This document shows, piece after piece, positions 28,951-38,812 of a DNA stretch of 64,000 bases; the stretch's first letter is position 1; the number at the start of each line of letters is the position of its first letter. Below the pieces are notes generated by a model, which was given only the letters and a program-made list of their open reading frames with translations, had not been told where the DNA came from and did no database searches. The translations under genes were made by a program, and so were the position numbers. Origin of the DNA: an uncultured cyanobacterium (lineage in GTDB: Bacteria; Cyanobacteriota; Cyanobacteriia; Cyanobacteriales; CAWUOF01); NCBI GenBank assembly GCA_963744145.1, contig CAVUSO010000001.1, positions 1,344,001 to 1,408,000 on the forward strand, written 5' to 3'.

Positions 28951-30255
28951 TCAAGCAGAAGCAGGTTTAATCACCACTACTCCATAAGCATCAGGAGATA
29001 AATAGCGACGAGCAGCGATTTGGAGATCACGAGCAGTGAGTGCTTGAATCCGAGCTGGATAATTGAGAACAGTCCCTAAGTCTCCGACCATGGATTGATA
29101 GTAACCATACATACTCGCGCGATCGCTCGGAGTTTCATTCGCAAAAATAAAGCGATTCGCGACTTGCGTTCCCACCCGATTAATTTCTGTTTCTGTTGCG
29201 AGTTCGGTTTGGAGAATGCGTAAATGTTCTGCGATCGCAGCTTCAGCAGCAGGCAAATTTTCTTCTGGTAGATGAGCAATAATGGAAAATGTTCCTTGCA
29301 ACTGGTTAGTCATATTGTTCGCAGAAATCTGAGAGACGAGATGTCTGCTTTCTCGGAGATCGCGAATTAAACGGGAAGTCCGACCGTTAGCTAAAATTGC
29401 TGATAACACATCAAGAGCATAAGTTTCTGACAATTCAGTTAATCCAGGGACCCGCCAAATCATTACTAAACGGGCTTGTTGTAAACTATCATCAACAAAT
29501 TCCTGACGAGTAATTTGGGTAAATGGAGACTCCGTAGACCAAGGATCGGGTTCAGGAGGATTAATCACTGCTAAGTTTTGTTGTGGCAAACTATGATTAA
29601 ATCCTTGAGCGACAGTTTGAATTAATGTTTCAACGGGTAGATTACCCACTGCGACTGCGGTAACTGCACTGGGTTGATAATTAGTTTGATGGAAATCCCG
29701 CATTTGTTGGGATGTTAATTTTTCGACGATCGCAGCGGGTCCTAAAACTGAACGTCGATAGGGTAATTTTTCAAAAGCAAGTTCCATTGCTCGTTGATAA
29801 GTACGACGACGGACGTTATCTTCGGAGCGACGAATTTCTTCTAACACCACTAAGCGTTCCCGTTCAAATGCTTCATCTTCGAGGGTAGGATTAAACACCA
29901 CATCCATTTGTAATGGTGCTAAATCAACAAAATCCCGGGGAGCTGTGGTGATGTAATAGTGGGTGTAATCTTGACTGGTACAAGCGTTAGTAATAGCACC
30001 TCGTTCTTCAATCCTGGTCTCAAATTCACCGCTGGTAAGGTTAGGAGTACCTTTAAATACCATGTGTTCTAAAAAATGAGCCATCCCGTTAATCTGATCA
30101 GATTCTACCGCAGAACCAACCTTGACCCATAAACTCAGATTTACCGATTCGACTGGGATCTGTTCCGCTACAATGGTCAACCCGTTGGGTAGTTTACATA
30201 TAGTAGGGAAATTGAGACGATGCAGCAATGGTGACTTAATTAGGGTTGCTGTCAT
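28951..30255 (-). CDS. M16 family zinc peptidase
   Basis: AHFLEHMVFKGT (HXXEH); start likely MTATLIK. Confidence 0.93.
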   Translation of the reverse strand: MTATLIKSPLLHRLNFPTICKLPNGLTIVAEQIPVESVNLSLWVKVGSAVESDQINGMAHFLEHMVFKGTPNLTSGEFETRIEERGAITNACTSQDYTHYYITTAPRDFVDLAPLQMDVVFNPTLEDEAFERERLVVLEEIRRSEDNVRRRTYQRAMELAFEKLPYRRSVLGPAAIVEKLTSQQMRDFHQTNYQPSAVTAVAVGNLPVETLIQTVAQGFNHSLPQQNLAVINPPEPDPWSTESPFTQITRQEFVDDSLQQARLVMIWRVPGLTELSETYALDVLSAILANGRTSRLIRDLRESRHLVSQISANNMTNQLQGTFSIIAHLPEENLPAAEAAIAEHLRILQTELATETEINRVGTQVANRFIFANETPSDRASMYGYYQSMVGDLGTVLNYPARIQALTARDLQIAARRYLSPDAYGVVVIKPASA

Positions 30256-30556
30256 TATTTTATGTCCGGTTATTTTTCCTAATTTTGTGGTGCGATCTCT
30301 TTCCATGCTAGATGGTTGGAGTCGGGAGATGGTTGAAATTGTCAGGGTTTTGTGTTTTTAGGTAAAAGAATCATTTTCATGCTGCTTGGTTGATTTGTGA
30401 TTCAATTTTAACTACTTATATAACGAAATGTAAAGTAAATCAATTTCTTTACTATTTCATATATCGTTACAAATAAGCCAAGCCTTACTGTGAGGGTATT
30501 TCAGATTTTGGGATTAAATTGATGTAGTTTAGCAAACTCAGATCTAATCAAAAGAT

Positions 30557-30671
30557 TAGACAAGCAAGCAAAAGTCATTTTCGGACAGACAAGATGTCTG
30601 TCCCACCAGAACTAATGACTCTTGTGGGACAGTCATCTTGACTGTCCTAGTTATTTTGGCTTTCTTGTTTA
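30557..30671. mobile_element. second copy of the TIR + REP-pair MITE-like element
   Basis: Same layout as 27237-27359, with paired changes in the hairpin stems. Confidence 0.7.
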
Positions 30672-30861
30672 TTATTCCAGTTGCAGATGCTCGGATCAAC
30701 ATAAGTATCTATTTTTACCATAATTGCCAAAGTGTCCCGCTCAGTAGAAAAAGTAAAGTATTGTCCAAAAATAAAAAACTGATGTATAATCAAAAGTCTG
30801 TAGCTAAAAGTGCCAAAAGCATTAAGACTAACAGTTAAGCTGAAAAGGGGTATGTCTAAGC

Positions 30862-32397
30862 GTGAAAACTGCTAAAACAAATATTTATCAAGTTGAAAAA
30901 ATAGCGAAAAATCAGAATTTATCTAATTTAGATTACCGCGATCGCCAGCATAATTATCATTATATCAATACTCTCTTAGCTGTAGCTACCTCTAAAGGGA
31001 ATTATCAGTTTCATCACCAGAGCAAAACTCCACCGGATGGATGTCCAAGGATACCGATCGATCTGCACTTACGACCATATCAGCAGCAAGCTGTAGTGAA
31101 TTGGTTTGAGAATCAAGGACGTGGTACATTAAAAATGGCAACTGGTAGTGGTAAGACAATTACTGCTCTAGCGATCGCGACGGAACTTTATCATAAAATT
31201 GGTTTACAAGTATTATTAGTTATCTGTCCTTATCGACATTTAGTTACTCAATGGGGAAGGGAATGTGAGAAGTTTGGCTTAAAACCTATTTTAGCTTTTG
31301 AAGATGTGCGAACTTGGCAAAGTCAGCTTTCCATAGAATTATATCATCTCCAATGCGATCGCCAATCTTTTCTGACTATTATTACTACTAATGCTACTTT
31401 AATGGGAGAGGGATTCCAATCCCAGTTACGTTATTTACCCGAAAAAACCTTAATTATTGGTGATGAAGCTCATAATTTAGGTGCACCTCGTTTAGAGGAA
31501 AGTTTACCGCGCCAAATTGGGTTAAGATTAGCTTTATCTGCAACACCAGAAAGATATTTTGATGATCTCGGTACGGAGGTTTTATTAAATTATTTTGGAC
31601 CGGTATTGCAACCAGAACTTAGTTTAGCAGATGCAATCCAACAGGGAGCATTAGTCCATTATTTTTATTATCCACTATTAATTAATTTAACAGAATCAGA
31701 AGCGCGTGCTTATGGGAAGTTAACTAAGAGAATTGGTTGGGCTCTGATGGAGCGGGAGGATCTTAAACCAGATCTAAGTGTGACTGCTTTATTAATGCAG
31801 CGATCGCGTTTAATTGGTGCAGCAGCTAATAAGTTAAAGGTGTTGCGACAGTTAATGTTAAAGCGATTGCATACTACCCATACCTTATTTTATTGTGGAG
31901 ATGGTGTAGTAGATTCAGCGACAAGTAAGAGATGCGATCGACAATTAATCGAAGTGATGAAAATGCTGGGTGCGGATCTTGGTTATCGAGTTAATAGTTA
32001 TACAGCAGATACATCTTTAGCAGAACGAGAGAATTTGCGGAGTCAATTTGAAAAGGGAGAATTGCAAGGTTTAGTAGCAATTCGCTGTTTAGATGAAGGT
32101 GTGGATATTCCAGCAATTCAAACAGCAATAATTTTAGCAAGTAGTGGTAATCCACGTCAATTTATTCAACGACGGGGGAGAATTTTACGTCCTTATCCTG
32201 GGAAAGAACGAGCTACTTTATTTGATATGATTGTTCTACCCCCAGATTTGGGAAGAGATACCTTAGAAGTAGAGCGCAATTTACTCCGAAAAGAGTTGAA
32301 ACGTTTTTTGGAATTTGCTGATTTAGCTGATAATGCTGGTGAAGCTAGGTTAAAATTGCTCAACGTCCAAAAACGCTACGGGTTATTAGATGTTTGA
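30862..32397 (+). CDS. SF2 DEAH helicase (ResIII-like; family usually annotated as DNA phosphorothioation-system restriction enzyme)
   Basis: LRPYQ (Q motif), MATGSGKT, GDEAH, LSATP, LDEGVDIP, FIQRRGR. Confidence 0.85.
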   Translation: MKTAKTNIYQVEKIAKNQNLSNLDYRDRQHNYHYINTLLAVATSKGNYQFHHQSKTPPDGCPRIPIDLHLRPYQQQAVVNWFENQGRGTLKMATGSGKTITALAIATELYHKIGLQVLLVICPYRHLVTQWGRECEKFGLKPILAFEDVRTWQSQLSIELYHLQCDRQSFLTIITTNATLMGEGFQSQLRYLPEKTLIIGDEAHNLGAPRLEESLPRQIGLRLALSATPERYFDDLGTEVLLNYFGPVLQPELSLADAIQQGALVHYFYYPLLINLTESEARAYGKLTKRIGWALMEREDLKPDLSVTALLMQRSRLIGAAANKLKVLRQLMLKRLHTTHTLFYCGDGVVDSATSKRCDRQLIEVMKMLGADLGYRVNSYTADTSLAERENLRSQFEKGELQGLVAIRCLDEGVDIPAIQTAIILASSGNPRQFIQRRGRILRPYPGKERATLFDMIVLPPDLGRDTLEVERNLLRKELKRFLEFADLADNAGEARLKLLNVQKRYGLLDV

Positions 32398-32528
32398 GCG
32401 ATCGGCTCATCTGGTTTTCAGTTAGTCTTAATTTTCCGGTAGTAAAAAATTGTAAATATTTCTAGTAAATTAGGGAGTTAATCTGCTATTCTAGAGGAAG
32501 ATGGAATAGTTACGAACATATTGCCAGT

Positions 32529-32702
32529 ATGGATCAGGAATCAAGTATTCAAGATATTCAAGAACCAATTACCAGCGCGACCGAACCTGTGCGAAATATT
32601 ATTGAGCGGGTTTTGCAAGCGGAGAAAGATAAATTATATATGAAAATACCGCGAAATATCAATGATGATATTTTGAAAATTATTAAGGAAGAGATCAAAT
32701 GA
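32529..32702 (+). CDS. 57-aa small protein coupled to the ABC-ATPase
   Basis: MDQESSIQDIQEPITSATEPVRNIIERVLQAEKDKLYMKIPRNINDDILKIIKEEIK; its TGA overlaps the next ATG (ATGA at 32699-32702). Confidence 0.75.
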   Translation: MDQESSIQDIQEPITSATEPVRNIIERVLQAEKDKLYMKIPRNINDDILKIIKEEIK

Positions 32703-34771
32703 AGCTAATTTCGATTCAATTTTTTAATTTTCGGGTATTTTATGAGAAAAGTCTAGAGGTAGTTTTAGCTTGTAGCGATCGCAATACCACGATCATTCAT
32801 GCTAATAATGGTACGGGAAAAACTACCTTAATGAATGGATTTACCTGGGTACTATATGAAAAATTTAGTGCGGGTTTTGCTGTTCCAGAGCAATTGGTGA
32901 ATAAACGAGCAATTACGGAAATCGAAATCGGTAAATCAGTCCAATTCTGGGTAGCAATAGTATTTGAACATGATGGGAAACGTTACCAAGCTAAACGGGT
33001 ATGTCGTGCTTATAAAAATGAACATAATGTTTCCTACAGTAAAAGCGAATTATATATGATGATCGCTGGAGATGAAGGACGTTGGTTACCACCACCACCG
33101 ACTCAACAACCAGAAGATATTATTGGTCGTATTTTACCAGAAAGTTTACATCAATATTTCTTTTTTGATGGAGAGCGGATTGAACAAATTGTGAGACAAG
33201 ATAAGAAAGACGAAATCTCAGAAGCAACGAAGAAATTATTAGGTTTAGAAGTCTTAGAACGGGCAATACGTCATTTAGGAGAAGCGAAAAAATCTCTAGA
33301 GATTGATTTAAGAGGAATTGGAAATGCAGAAACTAAAAAATTACTGAAAGATAAGGATAAAAAAGAGCAAGAAAGAGACCAATTAGTTCAGCGTCAAGGA
33401 GAAATTAGTCAGGAATTAGAAAGTCAAAGTGAATTAAAGAAAACTCTGAGCGATCGATTTTTAGAAATCGGGGGTGCTACAGATTGGCAAAAAATGCGAA
33501 ATCAATTAGAAATCCAAAAGGAATCCCAGCGAGAACAATTAAAACAAACTAAAATTGCGTTAAGACGTAATATTTCCACCAGAAGCTATTTAGTTTTTTT
33601 GACTGATATTGGGAGCGAATATAAAGCGATCGTCGATCAATTACGAGCTAAAGGTGAATTTCCGGTCGGGATCAATCGTCAATTTGTTGAAGAATTATTA
33701 AATCGAGGGAGTTGTATCTGTGGAGCAGATTTAAAACTGGGTACTCACTCCCATGATCTAGTGAAATCCTGGATTGATAAAGCTGGGATTGCAGATATTG
33801 AAGAAACAGCGATTCGGATCAGTACACAAGTCAATGAACTTGACAAACAAATACCAGAATTTTGGGAAGAAATTGACCAACAGCAACTACAGGTTAATCA
33901 ATTACGGACAGAACTTACCCAAACGGAAAATCAACTAGATGACATTAAAAGTAAATTGCGAACCTATCCAGATGAAGATATTCAGCAGTTACAAATGAGA
34001 ATGGATGAGATTGAGAATAAAATTAGCAGTTTAAATCGAGAAATGGGGTCAAATCAGCAACAAATTGATAATTTGCAAATCGAAATTAATCAGTTGAGTA
34101 AGGAAATTGACAAGCAAAAAATGAATGAGGTTAGACAAGCTGTAGCTCAAAGACGAATTGCTGCAACTCAGGACGCGATCGGACGTTTAAATGAGGTAAA
34201 AAAACGTCTAGATCACCAGTTTCGATTGCAATTGGAAAAGAGATTACAGGAATTATTTAGTGAAATTTCCTTTACTCCTTATTTACCGAAGCTAAATGAT
34301 CGATATGAATTAACTTTAGTGGAAAATACCGCTGGAATTGAAGCACCAGTTGCAGCTTCAACTGGAGAAAATCAGATTCTCAGTTTATCTTTTATTGGTG
34401 GAATTATCGCAGCAGTGCGTGAATGGAGTCAAAAAACTACCTTAATGGGTCCAGATAGCAGCACTTTTCCGATTGTGATGGATTCTTCTTTTGGAAGTTT
34501 AGATGAAATATATCGAAGACAAATTGCCAAAACTCTTCCCCAATTAGCTAATCAGTTGGTGGTTTTAGTGACTAAAACTCAATGGAGGGGAGAGGTTCAA
34601 GAAGAAATGAAAGAATGTATGGGAAAAGAATATGTTCTAGTTTACAGTTCTCCGAAACCAGATTGTCAAGAAGATTCCATTGAATTAGGAGGTGAACGTT
34701 ATCCTTTAGTTAGACATAGTCCTCATGAATTTGAGTTTACAGAAATTATTGAGGTAAAACATAATACCTAG
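32699..34771 (+). CDS. SMC/Rad50-like coiled-coil ABC ATPase, DndD-like, with CxC hook
   Basis: Walker A NNGTGKTT, YFFFDGE, long coiled coils, central CICG, signature ASTGENQ, Walker B/D-loop IVMDSSFGSLD. Confidence 0.88.
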   Translation: MKLISIQFFNFRVFYEKSLEVVLACSDRNTTIIHANNGTGKTTLMNGFTWVLYEKFSAGFAVPEQLVNKRAITEIEIGKSVQFWVAIVFEHDGKRYQAKRVCRAYKNEHNVSYSKSELYMMIAGDEGRWLPPPPTQQPEDIIGRILPESLHQYFFFDGERIEQIVRQDKKDEISEATKKLLGLEVLERAIRHLGEAKKSLEIDLRGIGNAETKKLLKDKDKKEQERDQLVQRQGEISQELESQSELKKTLSDRFLEIGGATDWQKMRNQLEIQKESQREQLKQTKIALRRNISTRSYLVFLTDIGSEYKAIVDQLRAKGEFPVGINRQFVEELLNRGSCICGADLKLGTHSHDLVKSWIDKAGIADIEETAIRISTQVNELDKQIPEFWEEIDQQQLQVNQLRTELTQTENQLDDIKSKLRTYPDEDIQQLQMRMDEIENKISSLNREMGSNQQQIDNLQIEINQLSKEIDKQKMNEVRQAVAQRRIAATQDAIGRLNEVKKRLDHQFRLQLEKRLQELFSEISFTPYLPKLNDRYELTLVENTAGIEAPVAASTGENQILSLSFIGGIIAAVREWSQKTTLMGPDSSTFPIVMDSSFGSLDEIYRRQIAKTLPQLANQLVVLVTKTQWRGEVQEEMKECMGKEYVLVYSSPKPDCQEDSIELGGERYPLVRHSPHEFEFTEIIEVKHNT

Positions 34772-34802
34772 CACTGTGATAAAATTAGGATAGGAATTGT
34801 GA

Positions 34803-34937
34803 CAATACGGTTCGGTTAATTGTAGGGGTGAAGCATGTTTAGCGACAATTGAACGCTCAAACGAGTGATATTATCCCCGAATGCTTCACCCTTCTTCCGT
34901 CGATATCTCCCAAAATATCCTTAAACGAACTGTATTG
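34803..34937 (+). mobile_element. MITE (CAATACGGTTCGGTTAA TIRs) with a 10-bp target-site duplication
   Basis: TIRs CAATACGGTTCGGTTAA / TTAAACGAACTGTATTG; GGAATTGTGA at 34793-34802 and 34938-34947. Confidence 0.9.
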
Positions 34938-34958
34938 GGAATTGTGAGAGGAAAAAAT

Positions 34959-35162
34959 ATGGCTAAGAAATCTACTCAGAAACCTAAAGGTTTTGGACAA
35001 GTTTCTGATCAGCAAAAATCCCACCAAAAAAGCAATTCAGAAATTGAGGAAACAAACCCAAATTTTTTGGTAAAGTTAATTGTGTCAATTTATCTGTTTG
35101 GAAAGGGGTTAATCGCGATCGCCCAAATTTATTTAGATAAAGTTTTTAAACGGGATAAATAA
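34959..35162 (+). CDS. small hypothetical protein (KPKGFG motif, hydrophobic helix)
   Basis: ATG 34959 after GAGG; the longer ORF-track start lies inside the MITE. Confidence 0.55.
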   Translation: MAKKSTQKPKGFGQVSDQQKSHQKSNSEIEETNPNFLVKLIVSIYLFGKGLIAIAQIYLDKVFKRDK

Positions 35163-35191
35163 CCAAAATAATTTTTTAAGGATTACCGATC

Positions 35192-35659
35192 ATGAGTGTC
35201 ATAAGAGTTAGAATTGCTAAAGATAAAGCCACATTAGTGAAATCACTGATTGAGTCAGATGAAACTAATGGTCCCTTTCAAACCTATGCTGATGCGATCG
35301 CATTTGCAGCATCCCTCGGTTCCAAGCGAAAAAAACGAGTACCTTTAGGGGAGACTACCAAAAAAGATCCATCCCCAATTGGACTGGAAATATTTGTGTC
35401 GCGCGGATATGATTTACTAATTAAATTATTGGCGATCGCGGAAACGAAAGATAAAAAAATTCTGTCTTCTCATGATGCAAAATCGGAAGCAGAACGCATT
35501 GAAATTTTTGAAGAATATGCTAATGGTGGATTAGAAATCTTACAAGAAGAATTACGGGGAGCAGTAGACTATTTAGATCGATTACTGCTAATTTTGATTG
35601 CGGAAAGGTTTAAACAAGAACCAAAATCTGGTGAATTTAATTTGAGTCGCTTTTTGTAA
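35192..35659 (+). CDS. dnd-system-associated small protein (dnd-associated protein 4 type; possibly DndE-like)
   Basis: RVRIAKDKA.LV.SL, PFQTYAD...FAA.LG, IFEEYANGGL..L pattern, plus context next to a DndD-like ATPase. Confidence 0.7.
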   Translation: MSVIRVRIAKDKATLVKSLIESDETNGPFQTYADAIAFAASLGSKRKKRVPLGETTKKDPSPIGLEIFVSRGYDLLIKLLAIAETKDKKILSSHDAKSEAERIEIFEEYANGGLEILQEELRGAVDYLDRLLLILIAERFKQEPKSGEFNLSRFL

Positions 35660-35821
35660 GCATGAAAAATTTTCCCAACAACCTAACTAAAATAATCTGC
35701 AAACCGAAACTTATTTTGAATAAGGAGAACCCGAGTTAAATATCGAAAAAGAGAACTCTTAAGAGGTTAATTCAGGAATAATTAACCTAATGCTCCTCAT
35801 AGATAAAAGAATAGTTTCAGA

Positions 35822-37006
35822 ATGTTCTCTACTGCAATTGACAAAAAAACAATTATGAATAAATATCCCATGATATTTTCTTTTTTTGCAGGCTGTGGTT
35901 TTCTCGATTTAGGATTTGAATTGTCTGGCTTTAATATCGCTTATGTCAATGAAATTTATGCCCCTTTTATCCAAGCATATCGTTACGCTAGACAATGCTT
36001 AAATTTACCATTACCTGAATATGGCTATCATGAATTAGATATCATAAAACTTACTGAAGGTCAAGGTACTTTACGTTTTTTTTCCGTACTTCAGGATGTT
36101 CGTAAAAATAACAATCTGGTTGGTTTTATCGGTGGACCACCTTGTCCTGATTTCTCAGTCGGTGGAAAAAATCGAGGTTCGGAAGGAGATAATGGTAAAC
36201 TTTCTGCTGCATATATTGAATTAATTTGCCAACAAAAACCAGACTTTTTCTTATTTGAAAATGTGAAAGGTTTGTGGAAAACAAAAAAACACCGTATTTT
36301 TTTTGAAGAGTTAAAATACCAGTTAATTCAAGCTGGATATCTGTTAGTAGAGCGGTTGATTAATGCCATTGAATATGGAGTTCCTCAAGACAGGGACAGA
36401 ATTATTTTAATTGGCTTTAAACAGGAGATAATTAAAAGTATGATTGGCGATCGCGACCAAAAATATTTTGATTTAGCTTTTCCTTGGGAAAGACATATTC
36501 TTTATTCTAAAGATGATGTTTTTGCCTATTCCTGGCCAATCACTAATGAATTTAAAGAGAATTCTATTTTACCTTACCCTGATGAAAATATTCCCAATGA
36601 ATTGACTATTGAACACTGGTTTCAAAATAATGATGTATTGAATCATCCAAATAGTGAACATTATTTTAAACCCCAGGCTGGTATGAAAAGATTCATGGTA
36701 GTTGAAGAAGGTGATATTTCCAGAAAATCCTTTAAGCGCTTACATAGATGGAGATATTCTCCCACTGCTTGTTATGGAAACAATGAAGTTCATTTACATC
36801 CCTATCAAGTTCGCCGACTTTCAGTTGCTGAAGCCCTGGCTATTCAATCTTTACCAAAAAACTTTGTCCTGCCCGCCAATATGACTTTAACTAATATGTT
36901 TAAGACGATCGGTAATGGTGTTCCATATTTAGCATCAAAAGCTATTGCTCAAACTATTATTGATTTCTTGGAAAAGGTTCAACTTGTCATCTCATCCAAA
37001 TGTTGA
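35822..37006 (+). CDS. DNA (cytosine-5)-methyltransferase
   Basis: Motif I FFAGCG, IV GGPPCPDFS, VI FENVKG, VIII PQDRDRI, IX RRLSVAE, X IGNGVP. Confidence 0.95.
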   Translation: MFSTAIDKKTIMNKYPMIFSFFAGCGFLDLGFELSGFNIAYVNEIYAPFIQAYRYARQCLNLPLPEYGYHELDIIKLTEGQGTLRFFSVLQDVRKNNNLVGFIGGPPCPDFSVGGKNRGSEGDNGKLSAAYIELICQQKPDFFLFENVKGLWKTKKHRIFFEELKYQLIQAGYLLVERLINAIEYGVPQDRDRIILIGFKQEIIKSMIGDRDQKYFDLAFPWERHILYSKDDVFAYSWPITNEFKENSILPYPDENIPNELTIEHWFQNNDVLNHPNSEHYFKPQAGMKRFMVVEEGDISRKSFKRLHRWRYSPTACYGNNEVHLHPYQVRRLSVAEALAIQSLPKNFVLPANMTLTNMFKTIGNGVPYLASKAIAQTIIDFLEKVQLVISSKC

Positions 37007-37094
37007 GAAAACGCGATCGGGTAACAAACCTACTTAGTTAGCGCCTGGTTAGAAATATTAGTTGACAGAACATAGATTTTCCAGTATGATTTTT

Positions 37095-37109
37095 TGAGAA
37101 TGATTCTTA
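37095..37109 (+). promoter_or_regulatory. Fur/Zur-type operator
   Basis: TGAGAATGATTCTTA is a near-palindrome resembling TGATAATnATTATCA, just upstream of the metal ABC transporter. Confidence 0.6.
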
Positions 37110-37121
37110 TTATATATTGTT

Positions 37122-37871
37122 ATGTTACAGGTTCACCACCTCTCTGTCAATTACCGAAGTGTGAGCGCACTAGAAGATATCACCTTCAATCTGCCAGCGG
37201 GAACCTTAGTAGGACTGCTGGGGCCAAATGGGGCGGGGAAAAGTACACTCATTAAAGCCTTGTTGGGACTGATTCCCGTACAAGAGGGGGAGGTATTGTA
37301 TCGAAATGCACCTCTAGTGCAACAGCGTCGGCAAGTAGCATACCTGCCCCAGCGATCGCAAATTGACTGGGACTATCCAACCACGGTCTGGAATGTAGTG
37401 ATGTTGGCTCGAACCGTTCATGCGGGATGGTTTCGTTCCCCCAGTCGGCAGTCGGTAGAAATTGTGAAAGAATCCTTGCAGCGAGTTGAACTACTCCATT
37501 TACGCGATCGCCCGATCGGAGCTTTGTCTGGCGGTCAGCAACAGCGGGTGTTTCTCGCCAGAGCGATCGCTCAACAAGCCGACTTACTGTTGCTTGATGA
37601 ACCTCTAGCAGCCGTAGATAAAAAGACAGAGGCACTTATTTTTCAAATTTACGATGAGCTAAAAGCTGAAGGGAAAACATTATTAATCAGTTGTCACGAA
37701 TGGGGCGGCATCTTGAACCACTACGACCAACTATTACTGCTGAATCAGCGGTTAATTGCTCAAGGTGTACCGCAGGTGGTGATGACCCCTGGCAATATTG
37801 AACGGGCTTATGGCATTTCGCCTCAACCCAGATATTTTCACGATGCTCTCGAAACTACCTTCTTTTGTTAA
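37122..37871 (+). CDS. Zn/Mn ABC transporter ATP-binding protein
   Basis: GPNGAGKST, LSGGQQQRVFLARA, LLLDEP. Confidence 0.93.
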   Translation: MLQVHHLSVNYRSVSALEDITFNLPAGTLVGLLGPNGAGKSTLIKALLGLIPVQEGEVLYRNAPLVQQRRQVAYLPQRSQIDWDYPTTVWNVVMLARTVHAGWFRSPSRQSVEIVKESLQRVELLHLRDRPIGALSGGQQQRVFLARAIAQQADLLLLDEPLAAVDKKTEALIFQIYDELKAEGKTLLISCHEWGGILNHYDQLLLLNQRLIAQGVPQVVMTPGNIERAYGISPQPRYFHDALETTFFC

Positions 37872-37878
37872 ACCACTT

Positions 37879-38682
37879 ATGCTGGAATGGTTGCTAGAAC
37901 CCCTTAGCTTTGAGTTTATGCGAAATGCCCTGATGGTGGGTATTTTGGTGGGGATCTTATGTCCGATTGTCGGTACTTACCTGCTAGTGCAGCGGATGGC
38001 CCTCTTGGGCGATGTGATGGCACATTCAGTGTTACCAGGTTTGGCGATCGCCTTTTTTTTGCGGATTAATATTCTGATTGGCGCATTTGTTTCAGGGATA
38101 ATCAGCGCTTTTTTAATTGCCTGGATTCGCTCTCAAACCCGCATCAAAGTAGATGCGGCGATGGCATTGATATTTACGAGCTTTTTTGCCCTTGGTATTC
38201 TCCTCATTACTCTGCTCCGAAACAAGCTGGATCTCGATAGCTTTCTGTTTGGCGATATTTTAAGTGTCACTCAGGACGATCTAGCCAGAACCGCCATGAT
38301 TACAATGGTGGTTTTAGTTTTGATTCGCTTGTTTTATAAAGAGTTGTTCTTTTATACTTTCGATCGCTTGGGGGCACAGGCGATCGGCTTACCAATAAAT
38401 ACCATTTATTTTGGCTTGATGGCAGCCGTCACCCTGACGATTATTGCCAGTATGCAAACCGTCGGTGTGGTTCTGGTGGTAGCATTGCTGGTCGGTCCAG
38501 CCTCTACTGCCTACTTACTGATCAAAGAATTGCATCAGATGATGGGATTGGGCGCACTGTTGGGCGTTGTAGCCAGCATCACGGGTATGTATACTAGCTA
38601 TTACTTGAATGTCCCATCTGGTCCCTGCATCGTTTTAATCAGCTTCGGGTTATTTGTGCTAGCAGTGCTGTTTAGCCAGTGA
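37879..38682 (+). CDS. Zn/Mn ABC transporter permease
   Basis: MALLGDVMAHSVLPG, FLFGDILSV (ABC-3 family); start MLEWLLEP. Confidence 0.93.
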   Translation: MLEWLLEPLSFEFMRNALMVGILVGILCPIVGTYLLVQRMALLGDVMAHSVLPGLAIAFFLRINILIGAFVSGIISAFLIAWIRSQTRIKVDAAMALIFTSFFALGILLITLLRNKLDLDSFLFGDILSVTQDDLARTAMITMVVLVLIRLFYKELFFYTFDRLGAQAIGLPINTIYFGLMAAVTLTIIASMQTVGVVLVVALLVGPASTAYLLIKELHQMMGLGALLGVVASITGMYTSYYLNVPSGPCIVLISFGLFVLAVLFSQ

Positions 38683-38812
38683 TCAGCCCACATCTCAATC
38701 AACGCTTCATGAGCTAAGTCAGCAATTTCTGTTGGCCAGAATATTCATGTCAAACACAATCAACCCTTTCCGTCCAACGGTTACCAGGGGATGGCCAATC
38801 TAAAAACTTTTT

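Noticed and set aside
30862..35659. Complete Dnd phosphorothioation system
   Set aside because: No cysteine desulfurase, DndB or DndC here; only associated components are present.
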